From Lytechinus pictus (Eukaryota), in assembly GCF_037042905.1 (NCBI RefSeq), contig NC_087261.1:5084001-5148000 (forward strand): a stretch of 64,000 bases of DNA, written 5' to 3'. This document shows, piece by piece, positions 61,961 through 64,000 of the stretch. The notes under the pieces were generated by a model. The model saw nothing but the letters and a program-made list of their open reading frames with translations. It had not been told where the DNA came from and ran no database searches. Position numbers and translations under genes: made by a program. The first letter of the stretch is position 1. Each line of letters opens with the position of its first letter.

Positions 61961-64000
61961 ATTCAATTCAATTCAATTCAAATAAACATTTATTTTCTTC
62001 CATTTCAAAACACTTTTCATAAACATTAGTTCATACAAAAATCAAATTGTTATGAGGAATATAAATATGTACATGTTTGGTATAAAGAAGAAGGCGTATA
62101 CCCTAAAAGCCGAGGCTTGTGACGGGATACGCCTATAGACAGAAATACAATACAAAATACAATACAAAAGAAAGGGCAGAGAAAAAGAAGAGAAGGAAAT
62201 GGAACGAGAGAGGGAGACGTGAGCGGGAGGCGGGCATGAATTACTGTATAAAATAGAATGCTCAACAAATGTATCAGTGTGGGCAAAAATATAAATGCCG
62301 CAACAACAATTGTCCATGGTTCATGTTAACTTAAAGTCAAAAGGAAACGTAAGTTGAAAAATATTCATATATAAAATGACAGAAGAAGTTTTTTCATTTT
62401 ATACTTAAAGCTACTTGACGATAGAGATTGTTTTATGTAATCCGGTATTTCGTTCCATATTTTGGGGCCAGTATAACGAATGTTGTGTTGAAAGATTATT
62501 TTTCTATGTTTGGGAATGAATATTTGATTATTTGAGCGGGTATCAAAATTATGTATGTTGGAAACATGCGTAAACAAATCACGAAATTTGTGTGGAATTT
62601 GAGAATTTAAACACCTGTAGAGAAACTGACATTGTCGAAGTTTATTGATGTCGTCTAATTTCAACAATTTTAGGGAATGAAACAAATTTTTAGTATTTGC
62701 TAGTGGTATATTGTAATCTGGAGAAATAATACGCACAATTTTATTTTGAAGGGAACATAATTTCTTAAGATGTGTTTGGTATGTGTTCGCCCAGACCAAA
62801 TTACAGTAATAAAAATATGGCAAGATTAAAGAGCAATATAATGTACGCAATACAGTTTTAGGCAAGTAAAAACTTAGGCGATGTATTATTCCAATATTTT
62901 TTGCAACTTTGTTCTCAATTTCATTTATGTGATGTATCCATGTTAAATTACTATCAATAATTACGCCAAGAAACCTTGTATTTTCAACTCTGGGAATAAT
63001 TTGGTTGTTAAGTTTCACCACTACATGATTAAAATCAATACGCCTTGTGGAGTTACGGAATATAATGTAATTGCATTTTTTATAGTTGATGGTAAGCTTG
63101 TTTGCACAAAACCATTTACAAACATTTGTTAGTTCAGTATTTACAGTTTCACACAAGTGATGAAGATTTCTATCAGAATAAACAATATTGGTATCGTCGG
63201 CGTACATGATAAAGGAAAGGAGATTAGACGAACGATAAATGTCATTAATAAATAGAATAAACAAAAGTGGGCCAAGCAATGACCCTTGTGGTACTCCACA
63301 TTTAATTGTCTTAAATTCAGACTGAACGGAGTTATAAACGGTGCATTGTTTCCGATTTGAGAGGTAACTAGAAAAAAGGTCGAGGGCAGTTCCACGAATA
63401 CCATAGTTAGTTAGTTTTGATAAAAGTATATTATGATTAATTGTGTCAAACGCCTTTGACAAGTCAATAAATATCCCTATTGCGAATGAGTCGTGCTCAA
63501 AGGAGTCAATTATGGTATTTGTTAATTCGAGAAGAGCTAGTTCTGTTGAGTGGTCACTACGAAATCCGTATTGAGATTCAAAAAGACACTTGTTATTTTC
63601 AAGAAAATTATAGGCCCTTTTATAAATAATCTTTTCCAATATTTTAGAAAATATAGAGAGCACTGATATGGGTCTATAATTACCGATCTGCTCTTTGTCA
63701 CCAGCTTTAAAAATTGGAGAAACTCGCGCAATTTTCATTTTTTCAGGAAACACCCCAGAGGTTAACGATAGATTGAATATATGACATAAAGGTTCGCTAA
63801 TTAGTTCGATTACAAGTTTAACAATCTTAGGTGAGCATTCATCAAGACCTGGGGCTTTATTGTTATCGAAACGCATGACAATGTTACATATTTCACGTTG
63901 GCTTACCGGATTTAAAAACAAAGATTTTGAATTTGGTTCAGATAGATAAGTTCTGAAATCTGTATTATTTTGAGGAGTGATATTAGCTAGCTTTGGACCG
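61961..64000 (-). mobile_element. Non-LTR retrotransposon (CR1/L2 group), 3' part, antisense in HBS1L intron 3
   Basis: RT ORF, ~400-nt 3' UTR, AATAAA and (TGAAT)n microsatellite tail at 61961-61980. Confidence 0.9.
62365..63999 (-). CDS. LINE ORF2 reverse transcriptase (5'-partial; frame open to the window edge)
   Basis: Motifs KAPGLD, NYRPIS, QYGFR, FIDLSKAFD, GVPQGS.LGP.LF, YADD, FLGV. No stops or frameshifts; the 26 codons upstream of the listed 63921 start are also open. Confidence 0.95.
   Translation of the reverse strand, partial: GPKLANITPQNNTDFRTYLSEPNSKSLFLNPVSQREICNIVMRFDNNKAPGLDECSPKIVKLVIELISEPLCHIFNLSLTSGVFPEKMKIARVSPIFKAGDKEQIGNYRPISVLSIFSKILEKIIYKRAYNFLENNKCLFESQYGFRSDHSTELALLELTNTIIDSFEHDSFAIGIFIDLSKAFDTINHNILLSKLTNYGIRGTALDLFSSYLSNRKQCTVYNSVQSEFKTIKCGVPQGSLLGPLLFILFINDIYRSSNLLSFIMYADDTNIVYSDRNLHHLCETVNTELTNVCKWFCANKLTINYKKCNYIIFRNSTRRIDFNHVVVKLNNQIIPRVENTRFLGVIIDSNLTWIHHINEIENKVAKNIGIIHRLSFYLPKTVLRTLYCSLILPYFYYCNLVWANTYQTHLKKLCSLQNKIVRIISPDYNIPLANTKNLFHSLKLLKLDDINKLRQCQFLYRCLNSQIPHKFRDLFTHVSNIHNFDTRSNNQIFIPKHRKIIFQHNIRYTGPKIWNEIPDYIKQSLSSSSFKYKMKKLLLSFYI

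Overview
AT-rich, intron-containing animal DNA. The repeat families and poly-G-rich MITEs suggest an echinoderm, probably a sea urchin (inference). Four host genes can be reconstructed with consistent splice phases: a 2-exon stathmin-domain gene (STMND1-like, minus strand, 16526-14726, 321 aa); two tandem paralogous 4-exon HAD-superfamily phosphatases (plus strand, 25844-29972, 253 aa; 47854-52391, 259 aa); and the first three coding exons of HBS1L (58482-61826). An open CR1/L2-group LINE ORF2 lies antisense in HBS1L intron 3 and runs off the window. The rest is a dense mosaic of non-autonomous DNA transposons (Kolobok-, hAT-, Harbinger-, Tc1-, CACTA- and Merlin-like), SINEs and simple repeats, often nested. 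Best novelty candidate: a 2.3-kb non-coding element with ~153-bp direct repeats (41337-43677). Its primer-binding position holds 64 nt of a mature, CCA-ended tRNA-Leu(UAG) copy with substitutions exactly at the modified positions 26, 37 and 58. It has no polypurine tract and non-canonical ends. Also notable: several 20-33 bp TSD-flanked CATAG..CTATG palindromes that look like P-element-type excision scars, strong enrichment of Tc1-type TACATGTA and TAGGCCTA footprints, a 3.7-kb foldback element with IS3EU-like ends, and a 4.2-kb hAT-like insertion 21 nt after the STMND1 stop codon.
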